47,889 nt of DNA from Limisphaerales bacterium. Lineage in GTDB: Bacteria > Patescibacteriota > Microgenomatia > UBA1400 > PJMF01. The first letter of the stretch is position 1; every line of letters starts with the position of its first letter. This document shows positions 35,094 to 46,575 of this stretch, in pieces. The position numbers were made by a program, and so were the translations under genes. Where the stretch lies: assembly GCA_044350895.1 (NCBI GenBank), contig JBILGT010000006.1, forward strand, positions 1-47,889, given 5' to 3'. A model generated the notes under the pieces. That model had not been told where the DNA came from and ran no database searches. It worked only from the letters and a program-made list of their open reading frames with translations.

Positions 35094-35570
35094 ATGCGAT
35101 CAAAACGTGCACAAATCAGAGATATTAAACCAGATCCAGTATACGGATCTACAAAAGTAAGTAAGTTAATCAACTACGTCATGTACGATGGAAAACGTAC
35201 CGTTGCTGAAAAACAAGTTTACAATGCACTTGAAGAAGTCTCAAAGGTACTCAACAAAAAACCATTAGAAGTGTTTGACGAGGTTGTTAACACCGTCATG
35301 CCATTAATGGAAGTGCGTTCACGCCGTGTTGGTGGAGCTGCATATCAAGTTCCAATGCCAGTGCGTTCACGCCGTGGATTTTCACTTGCTATTAGATGGA
35401 TTATCCAAGAAGCACGCAAACGATCAAGTAAACAATATCATTCCTTCGCTGAAAAATTGAGTGCTGAAATGTTAGATGCCTTACAAAATCAAGGTGGAGC
35501 AATGCAACGCAAAGCTACCTCACACCGCATGGCTGACGCAAATAAGGCATTTGCCCATTTCCGCTGGTAA
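35094..35570 (+). CDS. rpsG: 30S ribosomal protein S7
   Basis: EVRSRRVGGAAYQVP and ANKAFAHFRW. Confidence 0.98.
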   Translation: MRSKRAQIRDIKPDPVYGSTKVSKLINYVMYDGKRTVAEKQVYNALEEVSKVLNKKPLEVFDEVVNTVMPLMEVRSRRVGGAAYQVPMPVRSRRGFSLAIRWIIQEARKRSSKQYHSFAEKLSAEMLDALQNQGGAMQRKATSHRMADANKAFAHFRW

Positions 35571-35621
35571 AACTTAGTACGATAATATAGTAAATAGCTG
35601 CATATCTGCAGTAAGGTTGTT

Positions 35622-37766
35622 ATGGCACAACAAGTTGTTAAATCCACAGACAGAAATAAAGATCCGCTCACTCGGATTCGTAATATTGGTATTATCGCTC
35701 ATATTGATGCTGGTAAGACTACAACCTCAGAACGTATCTTATTTTTCACTGGAAAAACATACAAAATCGGTGAAGTTCATGAGGGTGCTGCCACAATGGA
35801 CTGGATGGCTCAAGAGCAAGAGCGTGGTATTACCATCGTATCAGCTGCTACAACAACATTTTGGACACCATATTTTGAAGGTCACTTAGACAAATCTCCA
35901 TATCGTTTCAACATTATTGATACTCCAGGACACGTCGACTTTACTGCAGAAGTAGAGCGTTCACTTCGTGTGCTTGACGGTGGTGTAACGGTGCTTGATG
36001 CAAGTGAAGGTGTTCAGTCACAGTCTGAAACTGTATGGCGCCAAGCTGACAAGTACCATGTACCTCGCATTTGTTTTGTCAATAAAATGGATAAACTTGG
36101 GGCAGATTTCAACGCCACAATTGAAGATATCCGTACAAAGTTTGGTGTAAAGCCAGCTGTCATGGTGCTCCCAATGGGTGCTGAAAATGATTTTAAAGGT
36201 GTTATTCAACTACTCGATAGACGCGCACTTATTTGGGAAAATGGTGAAAAAGTCATCGAACCAACAATCTCAGAAATTCCTGATGAATACAAAGAGTTGG
36301 CTGAAGCACAACGTATGGCATTAGTTGAGCAAATTGCTGAAACTGATGACACGATGCTTGAAAAGTTCTTTAGTGGAGAAGAAATTCCTGTTAATGAACT
36401 TAAAGCAGCACTGCGTAAGGCTGTTATTGCCTACAAGCTGGTCCCAATCTTTGCAGGTTCTTCATTAAATAACATGGGTATCCAACCACTGCTCGACGCA
36501 GTTGTTGAATACTTGCCATCTCCAGTAGATATTAATCATATAACTGGTACCAACCCAAAGACTGATGCCGAAGAAGTTCGCCAGCTCGTTCCAGAAGAAA
36601 AACTCAGTATTTTGTCATTCAAAATTCAAACAGACCCACACGTTGGTAAATTGACATACTGTCGCGTGTATTCAGGTGTTCTTTCATCGGGAACATACGT
36701 TTACAACTCTACACGAGATGTCAAAGAACGCGTCGGACGGTTACTGCTCATGCATGCCAATCAGCGTGAAGAAATTGCTGAAGCACGTGCTGGAGAAATC
36801 GTTGCTGTTGTCGGATTAAAAGATACAAAAACAGGTGACACTCTCTGTGACGAAGCCACTCCAATTATTTTGGAAGGTATTAGTTTTGCAGAACCAGTTA
36901 TCTCATTAGCAATTGAACCAAAAACAAAGTCAGACCAAGAAAAGATGGGCGTAGCTTTGCAGAAACTTTCTGAAGAAGATCCTACATTCCGTATCAGCTC
37001 TGATCCAGACACTGGACAGACTATTATTGGAGGTATGGGTGAACTACATCTCGAAATTTTGGTTGATCGTATGAAGCGCGAATTTAGAGTTGATGCAAAC
37101 GTCGGTAAACCTCAAGTTGCTTACCGTGAAACAATTACCAAAGCTGCTGAAGGTGAAGGTAAATATATCAAGCAAAGTGGTGGACGCGGTCAATATGGTC
37201 ATGCTCTCATTAGAGTTGAACCAAAAGATCGAGGTACTGGCTACGAATTTGAAGATGCCGTTAAAGGTGGATCAATTCCACGCGAGTATATTGAGCCTGT
37301 CAATAAAGGTATTAAAGAATCATTGGACCGAGGTTTCTTTGCTGGTTACCCAATGGTTGACGTCAAAGTTACACTGTATGATGGTTCTTACCATGAAGTT
37401 GACTCTAACGAGTTGGCATTCAAAATGGCTGGTTCATTCGCAATGCGTGAAGCAACCAAAGTAGCTGGAATGGTTCTTCTTGAACCAATCATGAAGGTCG
37501 AAGTTTCTACACCTGAACAGTTTATGGGCGATGTCATCGGAGATTTAGGTTCACGACGCGCACAAATTCAGGGTACAACAAGTCGTGGCGCAGCTACTAT
37601 CATTACTGCACTTGTCCCATTGGCAGAGATGCAGGGCTATGTTACAATCTTGAGAAGCATGACCCAAGGACGGGCATCATCTGTGATGTTGCCAAGTCAC
37701 TATGACATTGTTCCACAGAATATCGCTGAAAAGATAAAACTTGAGCGAAAACCTAATGGAGTATAG
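35622..37766 (+). CDS. fusA: Elongation factor G
   Basis: [17 protein letters not shown] and GMGELHL. Confidence 0.98.
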   Translation: MAQQVVKSTDRNKDPLTRIRNIGIIAHIDAGKTTTSERILFFTGKTYKIGEVHEGAATMDWMAQEQERGITIVSAATTTFWTPYFEGHLDKSPYRFNIIDTPGHVDFTAEVERSLRVLDGGVTVLDASEGVQSQSETVWRQADKYHVPRICFVNKMDKLGADFNATIEDIRTKFGVKPAVMVLPMGAENDFKGVIQLLDRRALIWENGEKVIEPTISEIPDEYKELAEAQRMALVEQIAETDDTMLEKFFSGEEIPVNELKAALRKAVIAYKLVPIFAGSSLNNMGIQPLLDAVVEYLPSPVDINHITGTNPKTDAEEVRQLVPEEKLSILSFKIQTDPHVGKLTYCRVYSGVLSSGTYVYNSTRDVKERVGRLLLMHANQREEIAEARAGEIVAVVGLKDTKTGDTLCDEATPIILEGISFAEPVISLAIEPKTKSDQEKMGVALQKLSEEDPTFRISSDPDTGQTIIGGMGELHLEILVDRMKREFRVDANVGKPQVAYRETITKAAEGEGKYIKQSGGRGQYGHALIRVEPKDRGTGYEFEDAVKGGSIPREYIEPVNKGIKESLDRGFFAGYPMVDVKVTLYDGSYHEVDSNELAFKMAGSFAMREATKVAGMVLLEPIMKVEVSTPEQFMGDVIGDLGSRRAQIQGTTSRGAATIITALVPLAEMQGYVTILRSMTQGRASSVMLPSHYDIVPQNIAEKIKLERKPNGV

Positions 37767-37840
37767 TTTCATGGGTAAATGGGTTAGTACAAAGTAGTAA
37801 AGAAATAAAGAAAACTGTCCAAAGTTTATAAGGAGGAAAA

Positions 37841-39037
37841 ATGGCAGACGCACAAAAATTTGTTCGTAACAAGCAACACGTAAATATTGGTACTATCGGT
37901 CACGTTGACCACGGTAAGACCACTCTTTCCGCTGCAATTACAACAACACTTTCAGTAAGATTACCATCACCATTAAACAAAGCTATGGGTTACGGTGATA
38001 TCGATAATGCTCCTGAAGAGGCAGCTCGTGGTGTTACTATTAACATTTCACACTTAGAGTATGAAACAGAAAAGCGTCACTATGCACATATCGACGCTCC
38101 AGGACACGCTGACTATATTAAAAACATGATCACTGGTGCAGCTCAAATGGACGGTGCAATTCTCGTCGTTGCTGCAACTGATGGTCCTATGCCACAAACT
38201 CGTGAGCATATCCTTTTGGCAAAGCAAGTTAACGTTCCTAAGATCGTTGTTGCACTGAACAAGTGTGACATGGTTGATGACGCAGAACTTTTAGATCTCG
38301 TCGAAATGGAAGTCCGTGAGTTGTTAACCAAATATGGTTACAACGGTGACGAAACACCAATTATTCGTGTTTCAGCACTTAAAGCTCTTGAAGGCGATTC
38401 CGCATATCAAGATAAAATCATGGAATTAATGAAGACTGTTGATGCATATATTCCAGATCCAGTTCGTGATCTCGATAAGCCATTCTTAATGCCAGTTGAA
38501 GACGTCTTCTCTATCAAAGGACGTGGAACTGTCGTTACCGGTCGTATCGAATCAGGTGTTGTCAAAGTTGGTGACGAAATTGAAATCGTCGGCTTACATG
38601 ATTCAAAGAAAACAACAGTTACTGGTGTCGAAATGTTCCGTAAAATGCTTGACAGGGGTGAAGCTGGCGATAACGTCGGTATTCTCTTGCGCGGTGTTGA
38701 AAAGGATGACGTTGAGCGTGGACAGGTCTTGGCAAAAACAGGATCAACCACTCCTCATATGGAATTCGAAGCTGAAGTCTATATCTTAACCAAAGAAGAA
38801 GGTGGCCGTCATAAGCCATTCTTCACAGGATACAGACCTCAATTCTATATCCGCACCACTGACGTGACAGGTGAAATCACCTTGCCACAGGGTGTCGAAA
38901 TGGTAATGCCTGGAGACAACGCTAAAATGAGTGTTAAACTCATTCAGCCAGTCGCTATGCATGAGGGATTACGCTTTGCTATCCGTGAAGGTGGACACAC
39001 CATCGGAGCAGGTGCAATTACTAAAGTTATTAAATAA
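37841..39037 (+). CDS. tuf: Elongation factor Tu
   Basis: [22 protein letters not shown] and NKCD. Confidence 0.98.
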   Translation: MADAQKFVRNKQHVNIGTIGHVDHGKTTLSAAITTTLSVRLPSPLNKAMGYGDIDNAPEEAARGVTINISHLEYETEKRHYAHIDAPGHADYIKNMITGAAQMDGAILVVAATDGPMPQTREHILLAKQVNVPKIVVALNKCDMVDDAELLDLVEMEVRELLTKYGYNGDETPIIRVSALKALEGDSAYQDKIMELMKTVDAYIPDPVRDLDKPFLMPVEDVFSIKGRGTVVTGRIESGVVKVGDEIEIVGLHDSKKTTVTGVEMFRKMLDRGEAGDNVGILLRGVEKDDVERGQVLAKTGSTTPHMEFEAEVYILTKEEGGRHKPFFTGYRPQFYIRTTDVTGEITLPQGVEMVMPGDNAKMSVKLIQPVAMHEGLRFAIREGGHTIGAGAITKVIK

Positions 39038-39047
39038 TTGAAATTGG

Positions 39048-39094
39048 GAGAATCGCGCCGAGTAGGTACAGAGCCACCGGCGCGATTTTCTTCT
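39048..39094 (+). terminator. Stem-loop after tuf (terminator or processing site)
   Basis: GAGAATCGCGCCG-N17-CGGCGCGATTTTC followed by TTCT. Confidence 0.5.
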
Positions 39095-39210
39095 GTCAGA
39101 TGACAGATTGATACAAAAGAAACTTGCCCCCCGTTTCTTGAGAAGACGGTGTTTACTTTTAGGGGTGAAGTAGGGTATAATTCGAATCTTGAAATTCAAA
39201 AAAGAATCAG

Positions 39211-39543
39211 ATGGCAAAACCAAGTACTAAAACACAAAATTCTTACAAAATCAGAGTCAGACTCAAGTCTTATGACCATAGAGTTATAGACGAAGCTAGT
39301 AAGAAGATTTTGGAAACAACACTTTCTACGGGAGCTCAAGTAATTGGTCCAGTACCATTACCAACCCATATTAAGTCCTTTACAGTGCTTGCATCACCTC
39401 ATTCTGATAAGAACGCTCAAGAGCGATACGAAATTAGAACACACAAACGCGTGTTGGATATTATTAATCCAACAAGCAAAACAATTGATTCACTCATGCA
39501 TCTGGAGTTGCCAGCTGGTGTTTCAATTCAGATTAAAATGTAG
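39211..39543 (+). CDS. rpsJ: 30S ribosomal protein S10
   Basis: [17 protein letters not shown] and YEIRTHKR. Confidence 0.97.
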   Translation: MAKPSTKTQNSYKIRVRLKSYDHRVIDEASKKILETTLSTGAQVIGPVPLPTHIKSFTVLASPHSDKNAQERYEIRTHKRVLDIINPTSKTIDSLMHLELPAGVSIQIKM

Positions 39544-39645
39544 AGGAGTACAAAAACAATTGATAGCAAAAGGGAGAAAGTAGCGTGGACGTAAAAAGCC
39601 ACTCGAAATACAAACTAGTGCTAGAAAATAGAAGAAAACAGAAGT

Positions 39646-40446
39646 ATGTTAATAGATTTTTTTGCGACCAAAATTGGCATGACGCAAGCCTGGACAAAAA
39701 CCGGCAAACGTTTGGCTGTAACTCGTTGCAAGGCCAATGACTTGTTAGTTGTTACTAGTAACGTGGTTTCTGTTATTGATAAAAATTCCTTGGATCATTC
39801 CTCTGTATCTACTCAAATTCTTGAAGTTGGATATGGTAAGAAAAAATTAAAGAACATGTCAAAGCCATTGCGCGCTAAGCTTGAGAAGAGTGGCGTAACA
39901 ACTGGAGTTAAAAACATGAGAGGCGTACGTATCGGTACAGCTGCTGAACAGACAGAAACATATACTCCTGGACAAACAGTTACTGTTGATACCGTTCTCG
40001 CGATAGGTGATGTTGTTCAAGTCCAAGGTCAAACAAAGGGCCGTGGATTTGCAGGTGCTATGAAGCGTCATGGTTTCCACGGTGGACCTGCTACCCATGG
40101 TCAATCTGACCGTGCTCGTGCTGTAGGTTCTATTGGACAGCGTACAACACCAGGACGTGTCTGGGTTGGTAAAAAGATGCCAGGACACTACGGTGATGTC
40201 TTACAAACAGTTAAGAATCTCGTAGTAGTGCATATTGAACCAACAACCAAAGAAGTCTGGTTGAGTGGTCCAGTTCCAGGAGCAATCTCTGGACAAGTTA
40301 AAATCCGTAAAACAGGTGGTACAAAACAAATCGAGCTTGATTTACAAGCATCTGGAATTAAGCCAGTTGCTGAAGTAACAGTAGCGGCAACAGATGAAGC
40401 AGCTCCAGTAGCTGAAGAATCAGCTGTAACACAGGAACAGGCATAA
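39646..40446 (+). CDS. rplC: 50S ribosomal protein L3
   Basis: KIGMTQ, KGRGFAGAMKRHGF and GKKMPGHYG. Confidence 0.96.
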   Translation: MLIDFFATKIGMTQAWTKTGKRLAVTRCKANDLLVVTSNVVSVIDKNSLDHSSVSTQILEVGYGKKKLKNMSKPLRAKLEKSGVTTGVKNMRGVRIGTAAEQTETYTPGQTVTVDTVLAIGDVVQVQGQTKGRGFAGAMKRHGFHGGPATHGQSDRARAVGSIGQRTTPGRVWVGKKMPGHYGDVLQTVKNLVVVHIEPTTKEVWLSGPVPGAISGQVKIRKTGGTKQIELDLQASGIKPVAEVTVAATDEAAPVAEESAVTQEQA

Positions 40447-40451
40447 TTATC

Positions 40452-41171
40452 ATGCAATTACAAACATTAACTGCAACCGGCAAACAAGGCAAACTCACTG
40501 TAAGTGATGCTATCTTTGCTGCATCTGAAAATGATGCATTAATCGGACAAGCTGTTCGCGTGTACTTATCAAATGAACGCCAAGGTACAGCTAAAGTTAA
40601 AACACGTGCTGAAGTTGAGAGAACAAAAAAGAAAATGTACAAACAAAAAGGAACTGGTGGAGCTCGTCATGGTGCTCGCAGTGCTCCAATTTTTGTTGGT
40701 GGTGGTGTAACTCATGGACCTACAGGTGGACAAAATTGGTCACTTACCATGCCAGTTAAACAAAAGAAAAAAGCTCTTATTGTTGCATTGAGTTGGCAAG
40801 CTGAACAAATCAGAGTTGTTGATGAGGTTGAAGAAACATCTGGTAAAACAAAAGTTGTTTTTGATCTCCTAGAAAAAGTTGCTCCTGCAGCTAAGAAAGT
40901 CTTAATAGTTGTTTCTAAGAAAACCATTGAAGTTGAGCGAGCTATCAAAAACTTGCAAGGTGTCACAATGATCCAAGCTTCAGATGTTACAGCCTTAGAT
41001 ATCGTTCGATCAAATATGATTGTTGCTACAACTGCTGCTATCAAAGTCCTTGAAACACGCTTAAGTGGTTTTAAAGATGTTAATAAGGCAGAAGTAAACA
41101 TCCACTCAAAAGCCATTGTAAAACCAGCTAAAACTAAACGACAACCAAGAAAAGTAGCAGCTAAGAAGTAA
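40452..41171 (+). CDS. rplD: 50S ribosomal protein L4
   Basis: KQKGTGGARHG and GGGVTHGP. Confidence 0.96.
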   Translation: MQLQTLTATGKQGKLTVSDAIFAASENDALIGQAVRVYLSNERQGTAKVKTRAEVERTKKKMYKQKGTGGARHGARSAPIFVGGGVTHGPTGGQNWSLTMPVKQKKKALIVALSWQAEQIRVVDEVEETSGKTKVVFDLLEKVAPAAKKVLIVVSKKTIEVERAIKNLQGVTMIQASDVTALDIVRSNMIVATTAAIKVLETRLSGFKDVNKAEVNIHSKAIVKPAKTKRQPRKVAAKK

Positions 41172-41174
41172 TAT

Positions 41175-41480
41175 ATGAATCCGTACACAATTAAAAGACC
41201 AGTTATAACTGAAAAATCAATGCGTTTGGCTACAACAGTCAATGCATATACTTTTGAAGTTGAGCGTGACGCTAATAAAAAACAGATTGCTGAAGCAATT
41301 GAAACTTTATATGGTGTATCTGTCAAAAAAGTAACCATGATTATGTACGCTCCACAAACACGCAAAACAGGTAAAAAGAGAATGGCAGCAACAATTGGTA
41401 AAGTCAAAAAAGCAGTGGTAACTTTGCAAAAAGGTCAAACTCTTGATGTTTTTGATATCAACCCAACTGAAACAAAATAA
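41175..41480 (+). CDS. rplW: 50S ribosomal protein L23
   Basis: RPVITEKS, ANKKQI and KKAVVTL. Confidence 0.95.
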   Translation: MNPYTIKRPVITEKSMRLATTVNAYTFEVERDANKKQIAEAIETLYGVSVKKVTMIMYAPQTRKTGKKRMAATIGKVKKAVVTLQKGQTLDVFDINPTETK

Positions 41481-41489
41481 AGAAATTAT

Positions 41490-42323
41490 ATGTTAACAAA
41501 GAGAAAACCAACAACCAGCGGACAAAGAAATCGAGTTGATCTTGATCGATCAGGGCTGCACTCTGGTGGACCAGAAAAGTCATTGTTACTTTCTGGACAC
41601 GTAAAGCGCCAGGGTCGTGGTTTTAAAGGACGCGTCACTGTCCGTCATCGCGGTGGTGGTGTTAAGAAAAAAGTCCGCATGATCGATTGGAAACGCTCTA
41701 AGTTTGGTATTCCAGCAAAAGTCATGCATTTTGAATATGATCCATTACGCGGTGCGTATTTGGCTCTAGTTAACTATGCTGATGGTGAGAAAGCATATAT
41801 TCTTGCTCCTGAAAATTTGAAAATTGGTGATACTATTACATCTGGAGATGAAGCTGATATTAAAGTCGGCAATGCACTCCCACTTAAGAAGATTCCAGTA
41901 GGTGTCGCAATTCACAACATTGAACTGCGAGCTGGTAAAGGTGCTCAGATGGTTCGTGGCGCTGGTGTTAGTGCCATGATTCAATCAAAAGAAGGTAACA
42001 TGGTTACCGTCCAGCTACCATCTAAAGAAGTTAGATTGATAAATGGTGATTGTTTCGCTACAATTGGCCAGGTCGGAAATCAGGAGTGGAAGAACCGCAA
42101 GATTGGTAAAGCCGGTCGAAGTCGCCTTATGGGTATTCGTCCAACCAACCGTGGTACAGCTCAACATCCTGGCTCACATCCACATGGTGGAGGTGAAGGT
42201 CGTTCTGGTGTCGGTTTGAAGTATCCAAAGACTCCATGGGGTAAACATGCACATGGTACTAAGACACGAAATAGACGAAAAAATAGTACTCGCTTAATCA
42301 TAAAAGATCGTCGAGTCAAATAA
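41490..42323 (+). CDS. rplB: 50S ribosomal protein L2
   Basis: RHRGGG, EYDP and HPHGGGEG. Confidence 0.97.
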   Translation: MLTKRKPTTSGQRNRVDLDRSGLHSGGPEKSLLLSGHVKRQGRGFKGRVTVRHRGGGVKKKVRMIDWKRSKFGIPAKVMHFEYDPLRGAYLALVNYADGEKAYILAPENLKIGDTITSGDEADIKVGNALPLKKIPVGVAIHNIELRAGKGAQMVRGAGVSAMIQSKEGNMVTVQLPSKEVRLINGDCFATIGQVGNQEWKNRKIGKAGRSRLMGIRPTNRGTAQHPGSHPHGGGEGRSGVGLKYPKTPWGKHAHGTKTRNRRKNSTRLIIKDRRVK

Positions 42324-42330
42324 GGAAATT

Positions 42331-42615
42331 ATGAGTAGAAGTTCAAAAAAAGGTCCATACGTTGATCCAAAACTCACTAAAAAAGTTTTGGCTCAAAAAG
42401 TGGCTGGTAGCAAAACCCCAATTAAAACTTGGGCTCGAGCGTCAGTAATTAGTCCTGACTTTGTTGGACACACCTTTATGGTTCATCAGGGTAAGAATTT
42501 TGTTGAAGTATTCGTTTCTGAAACTATGGTTGGTCACAAACTCGGTGAGTTTGCTCCAACTCGTACGTTCAGAGGCCACGGTAAAATCGTAAAACGTTTG
42601 ATGACTAAGACATAA
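42331..42615 (+). CDS. rpsS: 30S ribosomal protein S19
   Basis: SRSSKKGP and [13 protein letters not shown]. Confidence 0.97.
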   Translation: MSRSSKKGPYVDPKLTKKVLAQKVAGSKTPIKTWARASVISPDFVGHTFMVHQGKNFVEVFVSETMVGHKLGEFAPTRTFRGHGKIVKRLMTKT

Positions 42616-42627
42616 AAATAAGATTAT

Positions 42628-43098
42628 ATGACAATAACAGCATCACAAATTTATGCTCGCCAAACACCACGTAAGGTGCGTTTGGTTGCTAATACAGTTA
42701 AAAAATTGCCATTACCAGCTGCTTTCCAGCAATTGGGTGTGATGGATAGAAATGCAAGTATTTTGGTAATGAAAGTATTACGACAAGCTGTCGCTAATGC
42801 CACTCATAACCATGGATTAGCTATTGATGACCTAGTAATTAAAAGTATTCAGGTCGATCAAGGTGCCACATACAAGCGGTTTCGTGCTGTAAGTCGTGGT
42901 AGAGCTCATTCAATCCAAAAGAAGACCTGTCATGTGATGGTTCAACTAATGGAAAAGACAGATGTAGTTTCTAAATCAGCTGCTACTCCAGTAGTTCCAG
43001 CTGTAGTTGAAACACCAGAAAAGGTTGCTGTAGAGAAGAAAACTGCACCAACTAAAAAAACAGTAAAAACAAAAGCGGACAAATCAGTAAAAATATAG
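42628..43098 (+). CDS. rplV: 50S ribosomal protein L22 with Lys-rich C-terminal extension
   Basis: PRKVRLVA, AVANA and RGRAHSIQK. Confidence 0.95.
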   Translation: MTITASQIYARQTPRKVRLVANTVKKLPLPAAFQQLGVMDRNASILVMKVLRQAVANATHNHGLAIDDLVIKSIQVDQGATYKRFRAVSRGRAHSIQKKTCHVMVQLMEKTDVVSKSAATPVVPAVVETPEKVAVEKKTAPTKKTVKTKADKSVKI

Positions 43099-43122
43099 TA
43101 AAATATACGTTTTGAAAAAAAT

Positions 43123-43776
43123 ATGGGACAAAAAGTAAATCCAATTGGTTTTCGTATCGGATCTTTCTTTACATGGAAGTCCAAATGGTTTGCAACAAGA
43201 GCAGACTATTCCGATCGTGTTTTAGAAGACTATAAGCTTCGTGAATATTTGGAAAAGAAGCTTGGTAGTGCTGGTTTAGTTCGTGTTGAAATTGAGAGAT
43301 CATTAACAATTATCAAAGTTATCTTGCACGTTGCACGACCTGGTGTCGTCATCGGCAAGGGTGGTGTTAACTTAGAAGACATCAAAAAACAAATTGAGAG
43401 AATTTTGAACGTATCTAAATTAAAGAAAGATAAAGTCAAAATTGATTTGCGCGTTGAAGAAGTTACACAGCCTGACTTAAGTGCTAAACTGGTCGCTGAA
43501 AGAATTTCTGGTCAACTCATAAAGCGTTTCCCACATCGCCGTGCAGTAATGCAAGCGATTGAGCGCGTTATGCAAGCTGGTGCTAAAGGCGTCAAGATAT
43601 CTTTAGCTGGTCGTATTGGCGGCGCAGAAATTGGACGCACTGAGAAGTATTTTGAAGGTAGTATCCCTACTCAGACACTTCGTGCCAACATCGACTACTT
43701 CCATGAGCCAGCTTTGACTCGTTCTGGATATGTTGGTATTAAAGTCTGGATTTATCGCGGAGAGATGACAAATTAA
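43123..43776 (+). CDS. rpsC: 30S ribosomal protein S3
   Basis: MGQKVNPIGFR and GRIGGAEIGR. Confidence 0.97.
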   Translation: MGQKVNPIGFRIGSFFTWKSKWFATRADYSDRVLEDYKLREYLEKKLGSAGLVRVEIERSLTIIKVILHVARPGVVIGKGGVNLEDIKKQIERILNVSKLKKDKVKIDLRVEEVTQPDLSAKLVAERISGQLIKRFPHRRAVMQAIERVMQAGAKGVKISLAGRIGGAEIGRTEKYFEGSIPTQTLRANIDYFHEPALTRSGYVGIKVWIYRGEMTN

Positions 43777-43784
43777 AGGTATTT

Positions 43785-44195
43785 ATGTCAATGATGCAGC
43801 CAAAAAAAGAAAAGTTCCGCAAGCAGTTTAGAGGCAAGCGTGGTGGAGTTGCTACCCGCGGTGCAACAGTTGCTTTCGGTGATTTTGGTATGAAGGCTAC
43901 AACAGGTGGTTGGATTACTTCAAGAGAAATTGAAGCTGCTCGCAAAAAAATTACGTTTATGACAAAACGTGCTGGTAAGTATTGGCTCCGGATTTTCCCA
44001 CACAAGCCAATCACTAAGAAACCAGTCGGTGTGAAAATGGGATCAGGAAAAGGTCCAGTAGAAGAACACGTAGCAGTCGTAAAACCTGGTATGATAATCT
44101 TCGAGCTTGGCGGCGTTACGAAAGATGTCGCACAACTAGCTTTCGATAAAGCTGGTCACAAGCTTTCAGTACGAACAACAATTGTGAGTAAATAA
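43785..44195 (+). CDS. rplP: 50S ribosomal protein L16
   Basis: KFRKQFRG, RIFPHKP and KMGSGKG. Confidence 0.97.
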   Translation: MSMMQPKKEKFRKQFRGKRGGVATRGATVAFGDFGMKATTGGWITSREIEAARKKITFMTKRAGKYWLRIFPHKPITKKPVGVKMGSGKGPVEEHVAVVKPGMIIFELGGVTKDVAQLAFDKAGHKLSVRTTIVSK

Positions 44196-44196
44196 T

Positions 44197-44412
44197 ATGA
44201 AACGAAATGACATTACAGCACTACATGAAAAAAGCCGAGCAGAATTGCTGAAACAGTTGAACGAAGTTCAAACAAAAGTTGCAGCAGCTCGCTTACAAAA
44301 GACGGTTGGAAAGTTAGCAAATCCAGCTTCGATTCAAGTTTTGCGTAATGATATTGCTCGCATAAAAACTGTGTTGCGCCAACAAGAAATCTCAGCAGCA
44401 CAAAAGGCATAA
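44197..44412 (+). CDS. rpmC: 50S ribosomal protein L29
   Basis: RNDIARIKTV; expected position in the cluster. Confidence 0.93.
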   Translation: MKRNDITALHEKSRAELLKQLNEVQTKVAAARLQKTVGKLANPASIQVLRNDIARIKTVLRQQEISAAQKA

Positions 44413-44421
44413 AGAGGAAAT

Positions 44422-44658
44422 ATGAAAACAATACAAGGTACAGTAGTCGCACTCAACACAGCTCAAACAGTCAAGGTGAGTGTCGAGCGTCATTGGACTC
44501 ATCCAATGTACAAAAAGCAAGTTTTGAGAACAAAAAACTATGCATGCCACTACACAGGTGAACCAAAAGTTGCTGTGGGTGACCAAGTACTTATTAAAGA
44601 GACAAAACCAATTAGTAAAACAAAACATTTTGTAATAGTAGAAAAAATAGCAGAGTAA
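44422..44658 (+). CDS. rpsQ: 30S ribosomal protein S17
   Basis: HPMYKK and GDQVLIKETKPISKTK. Confidence 0.95.
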   Translation: MKTIQGTVVALNTAQTVKVSVERHWTHPMYKKQVLRTKNYACHYTGEPKVAVGDQVLIKETKPISKTKHFVIVEKIAE

Positions 44659-44659
44659 C

Positions 44660-45034
44660 ATGATACAACTAAGAACAGTCGTACGAGTCGCAGATAATAG
44701 TGGAGCCAGAGAACTTCGGGTCATCCAAGTCTATGGTGGATCCAGACGTCGCTTTGGATACGTCGGAGATATGATCTCAGCATCAGTTATCTCTGCAGAT
44801 CCACAAGGCAATATTAAAAAGGGTGACAAAGTTACTGCCATTGTCGTCAGAACTCGCAAAGAGCAACGACGCACCAATGGTGAGTACATCCGATTTGATG
44901 ATAACGCAGCAGTGATCGTGGAGTCACGAACAAACCCAGAGCCAGTAGGTACTCGTGTGTTTGGTCCAATTGCTCGTGAAGTAAAGAACAGTGGATTTAA
45001 TAAAATTGCAAGTTTAGCACCAGAGGTCTGGTAA
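44660..45034 (+). CDS. rplN: 50S ribosomal protein L14
   Basis: VADNSGA, FDDNAAV and SLAPEV. Confidence 0.97.
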   Translation: MIQLRTVVRVADNSGARELRVIQVYGGSRRRFGYVGDMISASVISADPQGNIKKGDKVTAIVVRTRKEQRRTNGEYIRFDDNAAVIVESRTNPEPVGTRVFGPIAREVKNSGFNKIASLAPEVW

Positions 45035-45038
45035 ATAT

Positions 45039-45365
45039 ATGAAATTTAAAGTTGGCGATACAGTACTAGTAACAGGTGGAAAAGATAAAGGCAAAAAAGG
45101 CGAGATTACTCGTGTAGTGCCAAGTCTTAATCGTGTAGTGGTTAAAGGTGTTAACATGTACGTTAAACACACTAAGCCAATGCAAGGTCGCGCTGGTAGC
45201 AAGGCAAGTGTAGAACGTGCACTGCCAACTGCAAAAGTTGCAATCTTAAATGACAAAGGTCAACAAGACAGAATCGGTTACAGTATTGCTAAAGATGGAA
45301 CTAAAACTCGCGTCTTTAAAAAATCTGGTGCAGTTGTACCAGAACCAAAGAAAGCAAGTAAGTAA
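45039..45365 (+). CDS. rplX: 50S ribosomal protein L24
   Basis: GDTVLVTGGKDKGK. Confidence 0.95.
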   Translation: MKFKVGDTVLVTGGKDKGKKGEITRVVPSLNRVVVKGVNMYVKHTKPMQGRAGSKASVERALPTAKVAILNDKGQQDRIGYSIAKDGTKTRVFKKSGAVVPEPKKASK

Positions 45366-45370
45366 TTTTT

Positions 45371-45931
45371 ATGACGATATTACAACAGAAATACCAGCAA
45401 GAAGTCGCACCTGCTCTTACAAAAGAGTTCAAGATTAAAAACGTCTTTGCGATTCCTAAAATCAAAAAAGTCGTGATTAACATTGGTGTTACACAACCAC
45501 AAGACCCACGCGCTCGTAAGGCAGTTGTTGAAAATATTGCTGAGCAGTTTAAACTACTCAGTGGTCAAAAACCTGTCATTACAGTTGCCAAAAAATCAAT
45601 TTCAGGATTCAAACTCCGTGAAGGTGATCCAATGGGCGTTAAAGTTACACTCCGTGGTGAAAGAATGTGGCAGTTTTTAATTAAGTTGCTCAATGTTGCT
45701 TTGCCACGTGTTAAAGACTTCCGTGGAGTATCACGCACAGCATTTGATGCAAACGGTAACTACAGTTTGGGAATTGAAGAACAGATTATTTTCCCAGAAA
45801 TTGAATATGATAAGATCGAAAGTATTCGGCCACTCCAGGTAGTCATCGGCACAACAGCCAAGTCTACTGATGAAGCTCGTCGGTTGTTAGAGCTTTTAGG
45901 AATGCCGTTTAGTAAAGAAGCAACCAAGTAA
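45371..45931 (+). CDS. rplE: 50S ribosomal protein L5
   Basis: GQKP, FKLREG and LPRVKDFRG. Confidence 0.97.
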   Translation: MTILQQKYQQEVAPALTKEFKIKNVFAIPKIKKVVINIGVTQPQDPRARKAVVENIAEQFKLLSGQKPVITVAKKSISGFKLREGDPMGVKVTLRGERMWQFLIKLLNVALPRVKDFRGVSRTAFDANGNYSLGIEEQIIFPEIEYDKIESIRPLQVVIGTTAKSTDEARRLLELLGMPFSKEATK

Positions 45932-45947
45932 TTGGAACAATGTATAT

Positions 45948-46178
45948 ATGGCAAGCAAATCTGAAGTAGCAAAATCTAATAAACAACTCGCACGTCGGGC
46001 TGCTTATTTTAAAAAGGGTGTACGAAAACCAAATCGGGTGTCGACTCGAGGCGTAAACCGTTGTAAAATAACTGGTCGAGTTCGTGGCTACTTACGATAT
46101 TTTGGATTAAGTAGATTGACATTCCGTGAATTAGCAGCCAAAGGAGAATTGCCAGGCGTAGTGAGGGCAAGCAAATAA
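45948..46178 (+). CDS. rpsN: 30S ribosomal protein S14 (Zn-ribbon-lacking form)
   Basis: [25 protein letters not shown]...GELPGV. Confidence 0.95.
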   Translation: MASKSEVAKSNKQLARRAAYFKKGVRKPNRVSTRGVNRCKITGRVRGYLRYFGLSRLTFRELAAKGELPGVVRASK

Positions 46179-46179
46179 T

Positions 46180-46569
46180 ATGACCGATCCGATTAGTGAT
46201 TTTATCATTAGCATTAAAAATGCACTCATGGCTCATAAAGAGTCTATAGTGATTCCGTACTCAAAACTAAAAGAGTCTATGGCTCACATTTTAGTTCGAG
46301 AAGGATATATTGCAGAAGTTGCTGTTGATGATTCATCAGCATTCAAGCAATTGATTGTAACCTTAAAGTATGTGGGAAAATTGCCAGCAGTAACTGATGT
46401 CCGCCGCTTGTCGAAACCAGGCCGCAGACTCTATATGCCAGCAACCCAAATTCCTAAGGCATTAGGTGGCTATGGTATTACCATCGTCTCTACTAACAAG
46501 GGAATCTTAACAGATAAAGAGGCACGCCAACAACATGTCGGTGGAGAATTAATCTGCCAAGTTTGGTAA
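46180..46569 (+). CDS. rpsH: 30S ribosomal protein S8
   Basis: MTDPISD, SKPGRRLY and GGELIC. Confidence 0.97.
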   Translation: MTDPISDFIISIKNALMAHKESIVIPYSKLKESMAHILVREGYIAEVAVDDSSAFKQLIVTLKYVGKLPAVTDVRRLSKPGRRLYMPATQIPKALGGYGITIVSTNKGILTDKEARQQHVGGELICQVW

Positions 46570-46575
46570 AAAAAT

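Noticed and set aside
40712-41407. 231-aa antisense ORF over rplD/rplW, and other antisense ORFs in the rpo and ribosomal genes
   Set aside because: Expected shadows of biased codon usage in highly expressed genes.
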